Origin: Dicyema japonicum
Taxonomy: Eukaryota; Animalia; Dicyemida
NCBI GenBank assembly: GCA_011109175.1
Contig: RDEW01000004.1
Location: 1,539,067-1,603,066 of the forward strand
DNA length: 64,000 bases
Direction of reading: 5' to 3'
The notes under the pieces are model-generated. The model did no database searches. It was given only the letters and a program-made list of their open reading frames with translations, and was not told where the DNA came from. Positions 24,871-36,929 of the stretch are shown piece after piece. Both the position numbers and the translations under genes were made by a program. Numbering within the stretch: position 1 is the stretch's first letter; each line of letters opens with the position of its first letter.

Positions 24871-25639
24871 GAATCCATCAAATATTAATAAATTAGTTAT
24901 TATTTTAAAATATTAAATACAGTAAATTCAAAATTTAATTTTCAAACATTTGCGTGTTATGAACTTTGTGAAGGATCTAGGTGAAAAATGTTTTGGCCAA
25001 ATAGTTGATAAAAGATATTATTTTAGGATCACGAAGGGCAGAAGTTAGCGCGTAACATTCAACTAGTTTTTGTTATTTCAACTTCGGTTCATTTTTATTT
25101 CTAAAATTTTTAGATCGTTAGTTTTGTTGTTGGACATTTAAAATCAAGTTTTTCATATTGTTTCATTCCGATTTTATTATCCACACTTTTTGCAGCTATA
25201 GTAAATTTAGTATTACTAACCGTTTAGCTGACTTTCCCGAGCTATCCATTTTACAGAAGGAATCCTCTGGATTGGTCTAATAGTAATGTGAAAGAAACGA
25301 AAACAAAAAAATCTGTTAAAAAGAATGCTTGATTTTTAATAATTTTGGTTTATAAAAAATAGTTTTACTATGTCAATTTTTTCTATAAAAATACAGTTGT
25401 TACTAACAATTTAAAATTAACTTAAAAGTGTGATCTTACATGAATTTTAGATGATCCTCGTGGAAAATGTTGTCCGATAAAGATCTTGAACAGTGGGTAA
25501 CGTTATTTTTCTTAATTATAAGTGCTCATATAATTTTAATTAAATATGCTTCGAATTAATTAAGTTGACATATCATTTTTAATTTATCCTGTTACAGGAC
25601 GACCATCTGCAAAAATAAATATGAGAGGCTTCTGAAACA

Positions 25640-26330
25640 ATCAAACCAACACCGACGTGCCTGTCTAGTTACTGAAAAATGCGAATGGAGTGGCGCTTGG
25701 ATTAATACCCTCCCCGTTGGTAGAGTCGGGACCCACCTTGATGACGATAATATTGGTATCTCTATCAGATTTGGACTGAAGATTTGCCAGAGTCAAGTAC
25801 CGGTTTGGTGGCGTCGTTGACTGGTACGGAGATCATGACCATGTGCAGGACAATTCCCATGACATAAGGCTATCAACGGAATTGTTAAGCGAGCCCTATG
25901 AGAATGATGGATACCCCTTCATACTTGAACCTGTGGCCCGGACAGAGAGACGGAAAACGGCCTGACGGAATCAATTTTTTTCCATTCGAGGAAAGGAAAC
26001 CTATGGTATGAGATGCTACGTGCGTCGACCCCTTTTGCCCATCCAACATTGTCGGGAGCGCGGTAGATACACTGCATGCTGCCGAAAAAAACAATGAGGG
26101 CAAGGAGAAAAAACACGAAGCGCTACGTGATCGATTACGTTCTACCACATTGTTGTAGACAACAGGAGGAATAAGCGGGAAATCATTTTGTTTCCTAAAG
26201 AAACTTGGACGCCTATCTAACTAAAAAGCCACGACGCACGTGAGACTCGGTGGCTTCTCCTGTCTATATCTGTTGCGATCTCGAGAGCAACTCTAAGTTG
26301 ATTATGTCAGCGGGGACCACTTTTTGAATT
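25640..26330 (+). mobile_element. CRE-clade 3' fragment
   Basis: Frame-hopping translation: RFGLKIC..INGIVKRAL..LEP..DGKRPDGI..DATCVDP..ISVAISR.NS. Confidence 0.75.
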
Positions 26331-26435
26331 GGTTTTGTTTTAAGTAAAAACGTATTATTTAAAAAATTATTCTGATTTCAACCTTTTTAAAAGATCTTAA
26401 AAATGAAGCCTAATCTGAAAGCCTTGAATCTCCAA

Positions 26436-26480
26436 GGATGGCGAGAGAGATTCGCTCAAATAACCAACAGCACTCATGGA
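26436..26480 (+). repeat. ~45-bp dispersed repeat (other copies 55808-55851 on +, 56154-56198 on -)
   Basis: Core gatggcgag....gattcgctcaaataaccarcagcrctcaygr shared by three loci. Confidence 0.75.
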
Positions 26481-27099
26481 GATCTCCTGTGCGCGTAGAA
26501 TTCCGATTCCTGACGACCCAGAAATTCCAGCGTCAAATACGCAAGGGAGCCGAACGTTTCAACTGAGGAGAACAAACAAAACATCCTAGGCTCGATAGTG
26601 CTTGGGCTCGGAACACAATATAAATTTTAAGAGTTCAGCTTAGCAGATTATGCTGAAATAATTTTTGCATGGCTTTTAAATTGAGTGGGCCTTCTTGGCT
26701 GAACGTCTAATGACATTGGATCTAATAGTCATGTGTCAGAATCTGAAAGATAGACTTTTCAGCGAAGGTCAATTATCGTCACACAGATCCCACCGCGAAG
26801 CAAACAGTCCTTCTGGCATGACAAATTAGTTGAAAGGGATCTTCCTACCTTCTCCTGACTAAATCAACTGGTGAAGATACCATTATGAAACTCCCCAGCC
26901 TTAAAAATGAAATGATGTCCGCGGCGGTAGAATGAAAATGGAAGAGGGTTGACCTATTTCTTCATTTCTCTTAAAGTTGAACCCTATAATGGACAATTAG
27001 AGGATTGATTTGGACGGCACAAGGAAACGTTCTCCATTAGGTTATTCCTTATATTAATTAGTTTTGACCGTTTGTGCTGGACTTATTATTAAGCCATAG

Positions 27100-27690
27100 A
27101 AACACTGTCTTAACCACTAACTAATATTCAGGTGATCCCGGTATCTTTTCTCGATGCTCCGACCGTGACCCCATACATTTTCTATACGGACGGAGTTTTT
27201 TTTCCCTCCTCTTCTGAAATTGCCTCCAGTTACCTTTATGATAGACTCGAGTGTTGTGGGGCAATTTCTTTATCCGTATATTTCTCCAGTAAATTTATTG
27301 CTTTTGACTGGATCTCTTGAATTTTTGCTATGTTCGTTGCCGCCAGGTTAGATCCCCACGCAGCACATGCATAGCCTATTGTTGGATCGACATACTGCTG
27401 TAGAGGGTCCCGACACCTGGCGGATAAATTCCTCACAGTTCTAAATGAAGGCTTTTACAAAATTGATCTTCTTTGCAAAGTTGATATGATGGATTCCACA
27501 TGGGCTGAGCAGAGGAAAGTATCAAAAGTTACTCCTAGTATCTTCTGCGATTTCTTTTGTGGTATAGGTACTCCATTTAACGCGACATCAATTGTCTGCG
27601 TTCCCATTTTTCTATTCTTAGTGAAGAGTGACTGCTGACTTTCCGAAATATGCAGTTAATCGATTTTCGCACAACTTACCAAAAATAAAA
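27100..27690 (-). mobile_element. Family-A LINE 3' fragment
   Basis: QKILGVTFD...QQYVDPTIGYACAAWG...GIT-stop terminus at ~27135. Confidence 0.75.
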
Positions 27691-27807
27691 CGCCTGGGGT
27701 TAATAAATAAACTGACAGTGCAAAAAACTGAATTATAGTTGCCTAATTTTTTTATATAAAATAACAATTCAATAATAATTTAAAATTAGTCTATGATCTA
27801 AAGTAAG

Positions 27808-28703
27808 TCACACAGGTGCACACCACATTTTATACAGTTCAATTATTTTACTAACAAGCAATTCATCAATTGTGGAATTCTCAGTCTCAGTTAAAACAAA
27901 TTGATTGAAGTCTTTGTCAATAATGTGTACACGATAATTCCGACTTCCCAATAAATTCGCTACGACGAGACACTGATTATTTATAGATAGCGACTTCATT
28001 GAACTATCAATAAGCTTCTCTGCATTTGTTTCGAGTTTAAAGCTGACTACAAATGCCTGAGGACACCAAAAATTCGTTAGCAGATGCAACGATTTCGGCA
28101 CTTTTTTTAAAACAAGGCTAAGTTCGTCGACATCTGAGTTTATTTTATGTTCTGAAATTTTTTCACGTGGTAAATAAAAATCCGAAACCGCAGCTGCCAA
28201 ATAAACAATTCCCTTTGAACCAACTTTGTTCAAAGCTAAAGCACAAATTTTTAAATACGTCAAATATTCATGGACAGTTGTAAATGATATTGTAAAAAGA
28301 AGATTCTGATTTTTACAATTCTGAGCAGATTTGGATACGTCGCTTATAATTTGATACATTCGAGTATCTGAAATTGCTACAAAATTGTTTTCAGCGGTAA
28401 TATGAAACAACAAATCTGATGGAACTTGACGTGAATACGGTTGAAGAGAATTATCTCTACTAAGGAATATAACCGCATAGCCATGATCAATGAAATATTC
28501 TGCCGACGCCGAGCCCTCCTTCCGGTACTGAAGTTGTCAATGAATCTGACTGGATTATTTTCAAGTGGTACACGTGTTCCGCCAGATGTTATCAAAACAA
28601 TTGGCCTTTTGTTCATATGGTACATAATAAATGAATTAATCTCATATGTATTTAGAAGAGGTACAGACGCATCGGACAAAAATGAATCGAGCTCATGTTC
28701 CAT
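27808..28703 (-). CDS. PPCS: Phosphopantothenate-cysteine ligase, apparently intronless, one 1-nt frameshift
   Basis: TSGGTRVPLE..VRFIDNFSTGRRG / SASAEYF..GYAVIFL, YLAAAVSDFY, VVSFKLET, VVANLL. The two ORFs join if one G is added to the run at 28514-28516. Confidence 0.88.
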
Positions 28704-28994
28704 TAAGTTATAACTAGGCAAATAATTTTTTAATTATTATAATTTTAATTCTATTATCAAATATAAAAAATTTTTAGTTGAAATTTAATTAATCGGGAAA
28801 AGATTTTATCTTCAATTTTTATAGCGTAAAAAAATTTAAAAAAATGGCGTGAGTGTTTGAGTTTGACTGCCTGCGTTAGACAATGCTCGGCTTAGCACTA
28901 TGGAATTCGTCAAAACAATAGACTGACTTGTAGAAACACGTAATAGTGAACCAAGAATGGCGCAATGGTTCATCCAGATTAGGGGTTTTAAAAC

Positions 28995-29770
28995 TATTTC
29001 ATCCACACGAAATTAAAACAATATCCCTCACTCCGCAATTTATTAATAATTTTTGTTGGCTGGGGCCAGTTTGAGAAACTCCAACTGGATCAGGCGCTTC
29101 TAGTCCCCACGCAATAACTCCGTCGACTGAACTGTCTTGGACTCGTTCCAGCACTCCTTCAGCAGGAGAGAGAGTGAAGAACTTTCGCTTCGACCATTCC
29201 TCCATATCTACAGCGATGGATCGCGCAAACATCCATTCCGAGGCGGACGGAAACCCCAATTCTCGTGGCGTCGTAATCCAATAATGTCCCAAGTGAGGTG
29301 CATGGAAATGTTGAGTCATGCACCACTTTCATTCGTTGATGCATAAACCAGACAAGCCAGAAGATGCTGGTCAAGTTCAGGTTTTGTCTTATTTATGGTC
29401 TTTGAGCACAAAAGCTCGTCCCAATCTCGTTGTTTATTAGGGTTCTTCGAAAATCCAACACTTATGCGCGTCTAGACTTCCCGAGCCATGTATTCCACTG
29501 GTTCAACGTCCGATCCGTTAATGTAGCATAAGATCTGGCGTATAAGAGCACTGGAAGCAAGGCTCCTTTCGCCTGCTGTGATTCCCAAGGCATGAGGGGT
29601 ATGACCAATATGGCAGAGATTGTGCGGTCCTTCTTGTTAGCTTATAGCACCATAGGTGTCCAAAATTTGGGAAAAGGGAGCATTGAATATCAAATTTTCT
29701 CTTGTTCGCTTTGCCACAGATCAGACAGGGAAAAGACATACAGGAAGTAATGGATTATTATGTCCACTTT
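28995..29770 (-). mobile_element. CRE-clade internal fragment
   Basis: Homologous to 43690-44340 (CKLP..GG.GIR, GAWL.ALPCTSLGTLLD, EWMFARSIAVD). Confidence 0.75.
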
Positions 29771-30351
29771 CGGTTCATTGTCGTTCGTTCTGTCAGTAAG
29801 GTTCACCATTTTTAATCCGGAACTCAAAAGTGGCCCATTAGACAAACCTAACACGTTTTTTAAAATGCCATTCTAAATGGGGTCAGTTGCTTAGTTTTTT
29901 ATAAAGACAATATAATAACCGTCACGATTCCACAAGATAAAATTTATTATTGTTTCAAAATTTGTTAAAATTGTACAAATAAATGAAACAATTTTAGTAT
30001 CATGTTATTGACGCAAGCTGCGTGCATTGTATAGACGTAAACATCAGTACTCCGCCAAACACGTGGAAGCACACTCTTTGTAGGACAGTATCTTTGTTCT
30101 GGGAACGTTCATATATAAGGTCGAGCGTAAAGTTTTAGCATATGAACGTCTTCTGACGACGTAGAACGCTCATAATCGCAGCTGTCAAATTGACGCCATT
30201 GAAAAAAATCTACTGCCTTTCATTTGAATTCAGCCGAAAATTATTTTTAATGAGCTGATTTTCTATCGGATTGTTTATTTTAAATTAAATTAATCTGTTT
30301 TAATTATACAATTTTTAATTTAAAATTAATGAGTTGTCAACTTTAACTATT

Positions 30352-31008
30352 ATGGTGTGCGCAGTTAAACCTATTGACAAATGGAATTCAGTAACAGCAA
30401 AAAATACAACCTGCGACTCATTGGGGAGGGTAATTATGACTAGCTCAGACTAGATATTCTCTAGGCACTACAACGCCAGACAAAATCATAAATTTTACGA
30501 CATTAAGCTGTTTATTGATTTTATGATGGTTTTTGTTATCACGCTTGGGACAATTTATGACTTTTATTATCCTTATCCAGAATCCAAAACTTTACTTATT
30601 ACTTGTGTCGCAGCGTAAATTTTATTTTTTACTTTTAGATATTATCTAATGTGCCCTATTTATTATTATTACTTATACTTTGTAATGAAGGATATTGTCT
30701 ATGAGGGAGTTTACGCTGACTGTGCTTGCCAAAGTCCTGATATCCAATTCAGGGTTTCTATTAAATCTAAAAAGTATTTATTTTAATCCTTCAAATTACA
30801 CCCTTAATTTATTTGTATATATAGGTTTTCGTCAATTTTTACAATCACAGTGGAAGGACGCTATGTAGGGAAAACTTTATGGCATTCTTCAAAAGAGGAT
30901 GTTTCATACTCAAAATGGTTTGATGAAAGTGGGAAGTTCATGGAGGATGTTTTGGAAGAAAGATTAATAGGCATGACAAATAAAGTCTTTAATCAAGTTG
31001 AAAAATGA
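30352..31008 (+). CDS. SPCS2: Signal peptidase complex subunit 2
   Basis: Spliced: KPIDKWNSVTAKN...IYDFYYPYPESKTLLITCVAAYYLM...SKWFDESGKFMED, matching SPCS2 ([35 protein letters not shown]). Introns of 24, 24 and 51 nt. Start could be 30329 via one more intron. Confidence 0.8.
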
Positions 31009-31039
31009 TTGTTACTTTTAAATTGGATTTAATTTATTT

Positions 31040-31715
31040 ATTCAGGAAACTTTGCCTGTTTGTTTAGGAGGAATGGGAATTACCGTAACTTCGGTTGGCG
31101 CATTAAGTGCATATTTAGCTCCTCGAAAAATTTGATGGATACAGTCCTCAACTCTTAATCCGGACTGAATGTATCTATGACACCTTCAAGAGCTGTTGAA
31201 TTGTGCAAGGACATATATCTTAATGTTCTGGAGGGTGGCGCTAATCAGAAAGCGTATTCGAGACTATCCTTGTGCCGAGATTGGCAACCAGCTGAATGGT
31301 GAGGCAGTGTGAATATTCGCTACGTCTTGGTCTTAAAGTGTATGAGAAGAGAAAATGTCTTTGTGGACGTTTGATCGATCCATATGGCTACTATTCACTA
31401 TCGTACAGGTTGAGGGGGGCCGTTTCCCAAGGCATGCCTGTCTCAACTTGACGTTGAAAAACTTACTTTCTTCTGCTTACAATGAGTTATATGTGCTTTA
31501 GTTGTTTGGGGATGTTTAAGAAACGAAAAAACTGAATCCCTTATCAAGGAACGTTGAACCCATAAACTTTAAAAAAATTGTCAAGGCATCTGGAACAGAC
31601 TTTGTGAGAAAACCTGTCAAACGGGACCCTCATTCTGAAAGAAAATTTGTCGGAACGCAGTCTGAACACCAAGAAGAACTGCTAAGATTGCTTAAGGAGG
31701 CCGTGATTGCCTAGA
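31040..31715 (+). mobile_element. Degraded CRE-clade fragment
   Basis: LPVCLGGMGI...LRLGLKVYEKRKCLCG..IDPYG. Confidence 0.6.
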
Positions 31716-31812
31716 ATAATTTTGTTTTTTGGTAACGATGATTACTGGTTTATAAATAAATAAAAATTTAAAATAACATTTTAAAAATCCAAGAGAAAAC
31801 AGCAACGCTTTA

Positions 31813-32760
31813 ACAAATAAAGAATACAGACTTTTTCAAAGATGTCAAATTTGTTCCTCTTGCGATAGATATTTCAAGCATTTGAACCTTCGTCTTTTTC
31901 TTTTTTTTGCTGCTGATCTCATAAGTCTAATCTCAGCTCGTTCAGATGACTTTCGAGAACAGCTGTTCCAACATATTTCCATTACGATATAAGGAATATC
32001 TATGATTTAAGTATGTTGCCCTCCACTCTTTCTATTTTTTATGAATAAAATTAATTCAATTTTAAGAATTTAAATGGGTTTTTATTAATGTTTAGGTGTT
32101 ACGTTAGCAACTTATCTAAATCCTTGTAGTGCCTAAACTGAATATTATTTTTGACTTTAATTCTTTTTTCTGTTTGGTTTCGTTGGTTATTGTATAATTG
32201 AGTGCCGTATATATTCCTTTCATCTAAAATTATTCTTGTTTTCTATAAGCATGTCAAATTCAACAAATACTTTAAAATCTTTCAATTGACTGACAGTATC
32301 CACATAATTTTTCATATTCAAAAGTTTCAGATAAACCCTTGATTTTGTTTTCTAATTATTCGTTCTGAGTTATTAGTCGACTTTAAACTAAAAATTAACT
32401 TAAAATCTCATCACTTATATTTTTTTAAATTTTGACAGTCAATTCCTCGTTTATCATTTTTTATTATTTCTATTTTTTCTTTCATTTGTCTATTTTTCTT
32501 TTTTATTTCGACTTCTCCTATAGCCTAGTTTTAATTTCATCAGAATACTTTCATTTTCATTTTATTACTTGGTGGAACATTAGGTCGAGTTACTTCACTA
32601 CTGACGAATGGTTTCACTATTATTCCATTTAATAAAATAAGCAAGTTTGAATAAATTAGCCCAAAATCTTACCATTTGAAAGGAAATCTTTAAGAAAAAT
32701 ATTTTTTTCATTTATATATTTTTGATTACTCAGAGGATTTCGTAATGACTGATTCATCCC
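31813..32760 (-). CDS. Putative orphan multi-exon gene
   Basis: Coding-like segments bounded by ~23-40 nt GT-AG candidates; last exon DIPYIVMEICWNSCSRKSSERAEIRLMRSAAKKKKKTKVQML...FFIC-stop. Full model not resolved. Confidence 0.3.
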
Positions 32761-32852
32761 TAACATAAAATTTACCGAATTTTGCTATTTAAAAATCATC
32801 ACAATCATAAAACAAAACGTTAATTGTGGTTGAAAGCTAATTGATTCTTTAT

Positions 32853-33650
32853 TAGTCAATGAAAACGCGTTTGTACAAGACGTTAACGAGTTCATTAGAG
32901 TCATGCCAGAAGTAGGAGTCCATCATGCTATACAGGAAAAAACTATTAAACAGGGTGAATCTACAGGAGACAAAATAATCAGCCAGTTTGAATTTAATCT
33001 TTGACTCTTCTACAAATCACAAAGTAGTTAGGGTAATACTTATGAAGGATTGTTAAAAATATTGAACTTATGATTGGAATTTTTACCAGCAACCTTTTCC
33101 GAATTATGAGTTTTCCACTAACTGAATGTTAAACATCAGGACTTGTCATTTATTGCAAAAGCTTTTTTCTGTCTCTACATGTTTTATGCATTGCTTAGAT
33201 CTTTTTCAGGCCTCATTCCGAAAGGAATTTTTATTGCTACACTTTTTGTTTTCTCAAACACAAGATAATTAATTTTTGCCAGTGAAGAATAACCCTCGAA
33301 CCCATATATAATGGAGGGAAGAATGTTTCTTGAAATATATGAATAAAAATCGATAATTCAAAAATTCTTTTTTCGGTTTTGCGGTTTCACAAGCATTTGA
33401 ATAATCGAAACTTTTTAACAATTAAGGGCGTGACCATACTTTAAACTAGCATCTAATAGAAGCCAAAAACCTAAATGAAGCTTTTAGATCCTAGTCGAAT
33501 ATTTTTATCCTTATTTAGCTATGTTCGGAAAGCTATCCTAACAGTCTATAATATTCTTACAGACCAGAGCTATCAAAACATTATCGCTCCTGAAAATATA
33601 TAAACGATTTTCGAATCATTACATCTTCATGGAGGCCAATATTGATCATC
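32853..33650 (-). pseudogene. Possible disrupted kinase-like or orphan gene
   Basis: Segments GFEGYSSLAK...SVAIKIP and KIKFKLADYF...VFID-stop loosely recall kinase subdomains; in-frame stops lie between them. Confidence 0.2.
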
Positions 33651-33710
33651 ATAAATTATGGAAGTTCAAAATGTTATGACAAAATTATATTTAAATTATA
33701 AAAACAAGTT

Positions 33711-33717
33711 AAAAAAA
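33711..33717 (-). terminator. Pol III oligo-dT terminator of tRNA-Val
   Basis: T7 run 1 nt after the discriminator base. Confidence 0.75.
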
Positions 33718-33718
33718 G

Positions 33719-33791
33719 TACTCAGACTGGGATTCGAACCCAGGACCTTTCGCGTGTGAGGCGAACGTGATAACCACTACACCATCCAAGC
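33719..33791 (-). tRNA. trnV-CAC: tRNA-Val (anticodon CAC)
   Basis: gcttggatggtgtagtggttatcacgttcgcctCACacgcgaaaggtcctgggttcgaatcccagtctgagta: cloverleaf, 73 nt, Val-type D and anticodon arms, followed by a T7 tract. Confidence 0.95.
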
Positions 33792-34289
33792 GATCGAAAT
33801 TAAAATTATAAAAAACAAAATAGAATTTATTGTTTAAATTTTTTTCTTTAGTTCAATATGAAGATCATAAAAGTTTATGTATATTTTTCCTGAGTTATCT
33901 AATTGAAGGGATATTATCACTTATTTAACAAATGTGCTTTTATATAACCATTCCCCAATTTGTGAAGTCGAATATAGGCATTTAAAAATACTTTAATCAA
34001 ATAGATATCAATTTTTCTTAGTTATCTTTACTAAGAAAAAGTTGAGTGGTCTCAATACTTTTTGAAATTCTGTCTGATGTCTTTTTTCATTAAAATGTTG
34101 ATCGATGTAGTTTTGTTTAGATGGTTCTACTATCCTAGAGCAATTTGGCAAAATAAATCTCTTTTAGGTGTTTTTTTTAAATATGTAAGTTTTGGAAATT
34201 GCTTTTAAAATTCGTTCCTTTTTTTGCCTCTGAGTTTTAGTGGTTTTATAATTGAGTGAAAGATAATAAAAATCTTTCTTGAAATGAAG

Positions 34290-34950
34290 ACTGTTATCCA
34301 GATTGCCACTTAGAGATTGCAACAAAATCTGTACCGTCTTAGCGAATCATTACTGAAGAACCGCCTGTCTACCAGCACTGAGAAGTCCATCACAACTCTT
34401 TTCAAATCTGAAAAGAGACTGGGAAGACTGATAGTCAGTTTACAAACAAACAATGGTGTTAATTTTTTAGAAAATCTCAAAAGATCCTTTGAGTTATTTT
34501 TTACAAGGGCATGTCATTCTCGCCCCCATGTTGAAAAAGTTATAACAAAATGTGAAAAGAAGACTAACGTGTTGAAATGTCTTTCTCGCTTATGGATGAT
34601 CAGAAATCATCCTTGAATTCTATATATAACCAATACATTGAAACATGTATTTCTGCATGTGGCATCTGGGATCCATTCATTTCTTGGACAAATGTTTAAA
34701 AAATCAAGGATAGCCGAAAAAAGGCTCTAAAAGTCCGAAACGATGTACTTATAGATTCATAGTCTCAAATGCCTCTAGAATCCATGATACGCATGAACTG
34801 TGGAACGAGCAGTCTTGGCTACAAAGATGTAGTCATTTGGCCAATAAGTGCATGTGTGTGGTCGAGGGATGAGCATCGGACTAAGTTGATGTCTTTGCTA
34901 GAGCGTGCTGGGATCACGTAATTAGTATCCATGGTCTTTGGTATTATTAG
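34290..34950 (+). mobile_element. Family-A LINE 3' fragment
   Basis: STEKSITTLF...KVITKCEKKTNVLKCL...RAGIT-stop at ~34920. Confidence 0.8.
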
Positions 34951-35384
34951 GACAATTTCAGCGTTGAAATAGTACAAATAAGACAATATCCTATTTTTGT
35001 CCTAAATTGTACAATTTCCGCTTTATTAATTAAGTTCCACATGTGCAGCACATGAGACTAGCATTCGGTCACTCACACGATAACATTTGTAGATTGAATT
35101 CCAATAACTCTTATAAATAGCAAATCCTTGCCCATAATGGTGAGATTCTGATGCTATGAGGATGATTCTGTGATCATTTTGTAACAATTTACTCCACACT
35201 TGACTCTAAGTATTCACATCCTAGCACAAGATTATTTGTTTCGAAACATCGTTCACGCATCTGACATTAAATTATAGAACGGTAAAATCCGCTGATGGCC
35301 TCATATTTGATTAAGTCTTCGTGCAATTGATTTGTTTCACTAACTCAACCAAAAAATTGTTTTTATTGTAGGTTATTCTAAATT

Positions 35385-35805
35385 TATTCGTATTCCTTAC
35401 CGACTTCTCCGTTCACTCTGGATCTTTTCATTGCAGAAGACTTAAACAACCTTACAAGTAACACCAACTAGCATTCGATCTAACAAAATACGACGTCTCT
35501 GTTTGTTGTCTACAAGAGACAAAAACGACCGTACAATTTACAGAACTGTTTAGAAAATTCCACTTTTTTACCCTTTCATCGGCCTGCCGACACTATGGTC
35601 TCGGATTTGCAGTCCATCAGGACCTGATTCACTGTGTTACCTCACATTATAATGGAAATGGCGGACGACCTAGACTACCTAAGAGAATTAGCGAGCAACA
35701 GAGGATCATGGTCCAGGCTGACGGAGAAGATGATTAGGAATACGGCACAAGGGAAACTTAACTAATTTTATCTTTTCTCGGGAGTGCTTTTTAATAATAT
35801 AATAA
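35385..35805 (+). mobile_element. Bipartite non-autonomous RTE-derived element, copy 2, with 11-bp TSD
   Basis: QLAFDLTKYDVSVCCLQETK endonuclease start joined to IMEMADDLDYLRELASNRGSW..GKLN-stop; tattctaaatt at 35374-35384 and 35806-35816. Confidence 0.8.
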
Positions 35806-35988
35806 TATTCTAAATTAAATTCTAAAAAATTATATTTTTTCGATTGAAAATTGTCGTTTAATTATTATTGGTTTAATTATAAAATCTATATATGTTATTT
35901 TATAATTTTATTAAATATACATAGAATACATTATTAATTCATAATCCTTATTTCAGTAAGTATATTCCGGATTTTTATAATCCTTAGA

Positions 35989-36426
35989 ATGCCACTAAAT
36001 TTCGATGAAGTTAATGAATTTGACTCTGAAAATTTAAATAAAGTTGAAACAAACATCAAAAACACTCTTCCAGATTTGGAAAGTAAATTTTATTTGAAAT
36101 TTTAAGCATTAGCCGATGAAAAACGGAAAGAACAAGTATTTGGTGAAATCTCTAACTGCACCAAGAGACTTAATCATGTGGACATTGTTGATAATAGTCA
36201 AGATACTAGTTTAATGATTTTTAATTTTCTAGTTGCAAAACAAGAATTCAGAAGGTCACAATTGCTTGAATCATTAAATTCCAATGAAGTCAATCTTAAT
36301 AAAACAAAGCCCAGAGAAGTCACGGCAGAAACATGTAAAAAAATTTTATCAATCTTAGATGCTAAAGAAAAAGTTGCGAGAGAAAATTTAATTAAGCAGA
36401 TTAGTAAGGATAATAATTCTAATTAA
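35989..36426 (+). CDS. Small coiled-coil orphan protein; may extend to a Cys-rich exon at ~36470-36640
   Basis: MPLNFDEVNEFD... with 24-nt GT-AG introns; ORF 36178-36426; downstream frame KCRRPRC...EDCPRC. Confidence 0.4.
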
Positions 36427-36929
36427 TTCTTCTAATAAAATAATTTTGATTCGGTTAATATAAAATGATTTCAAAAGACTTTTCCCTATTGAAATTTACA
36501 AAGATCTTAGCACTGTAAAGAAAAAAACTCGTAAATGCAGACGACCTAGATGTCCTTCGAAAAATCGCCTTTTTGATGAATCTAACATGGAAGATTGTCC
36601 ACGGTGTTACAGAAGCGGCGAGGAGATAACTTTCTTCTAGTTGCGTTTGATAAATAATAGTACAAAAGACTCGTCGTATTGCTAATTGTTATCTCATAAT
36701 AATTTTACATAATCCAAATTCATGTCATTACTGAAGTCGTCACAAAGTTTATTTCTAAGAAAAATTTTAAGAGATCCTCTAGAATTCTAAAAAATTTCCT
36801 GGTTTTCATGTGTAGAGAAAATAGCCTACATTTGTAGCGAACTGACCTTCTTTTCCTTACTACCAAATAGTTTGCTTGATAATGGCTGCAGGACGAACGC
36901 CGAGCTACCAGGATAAAGTGACGTTGAAC

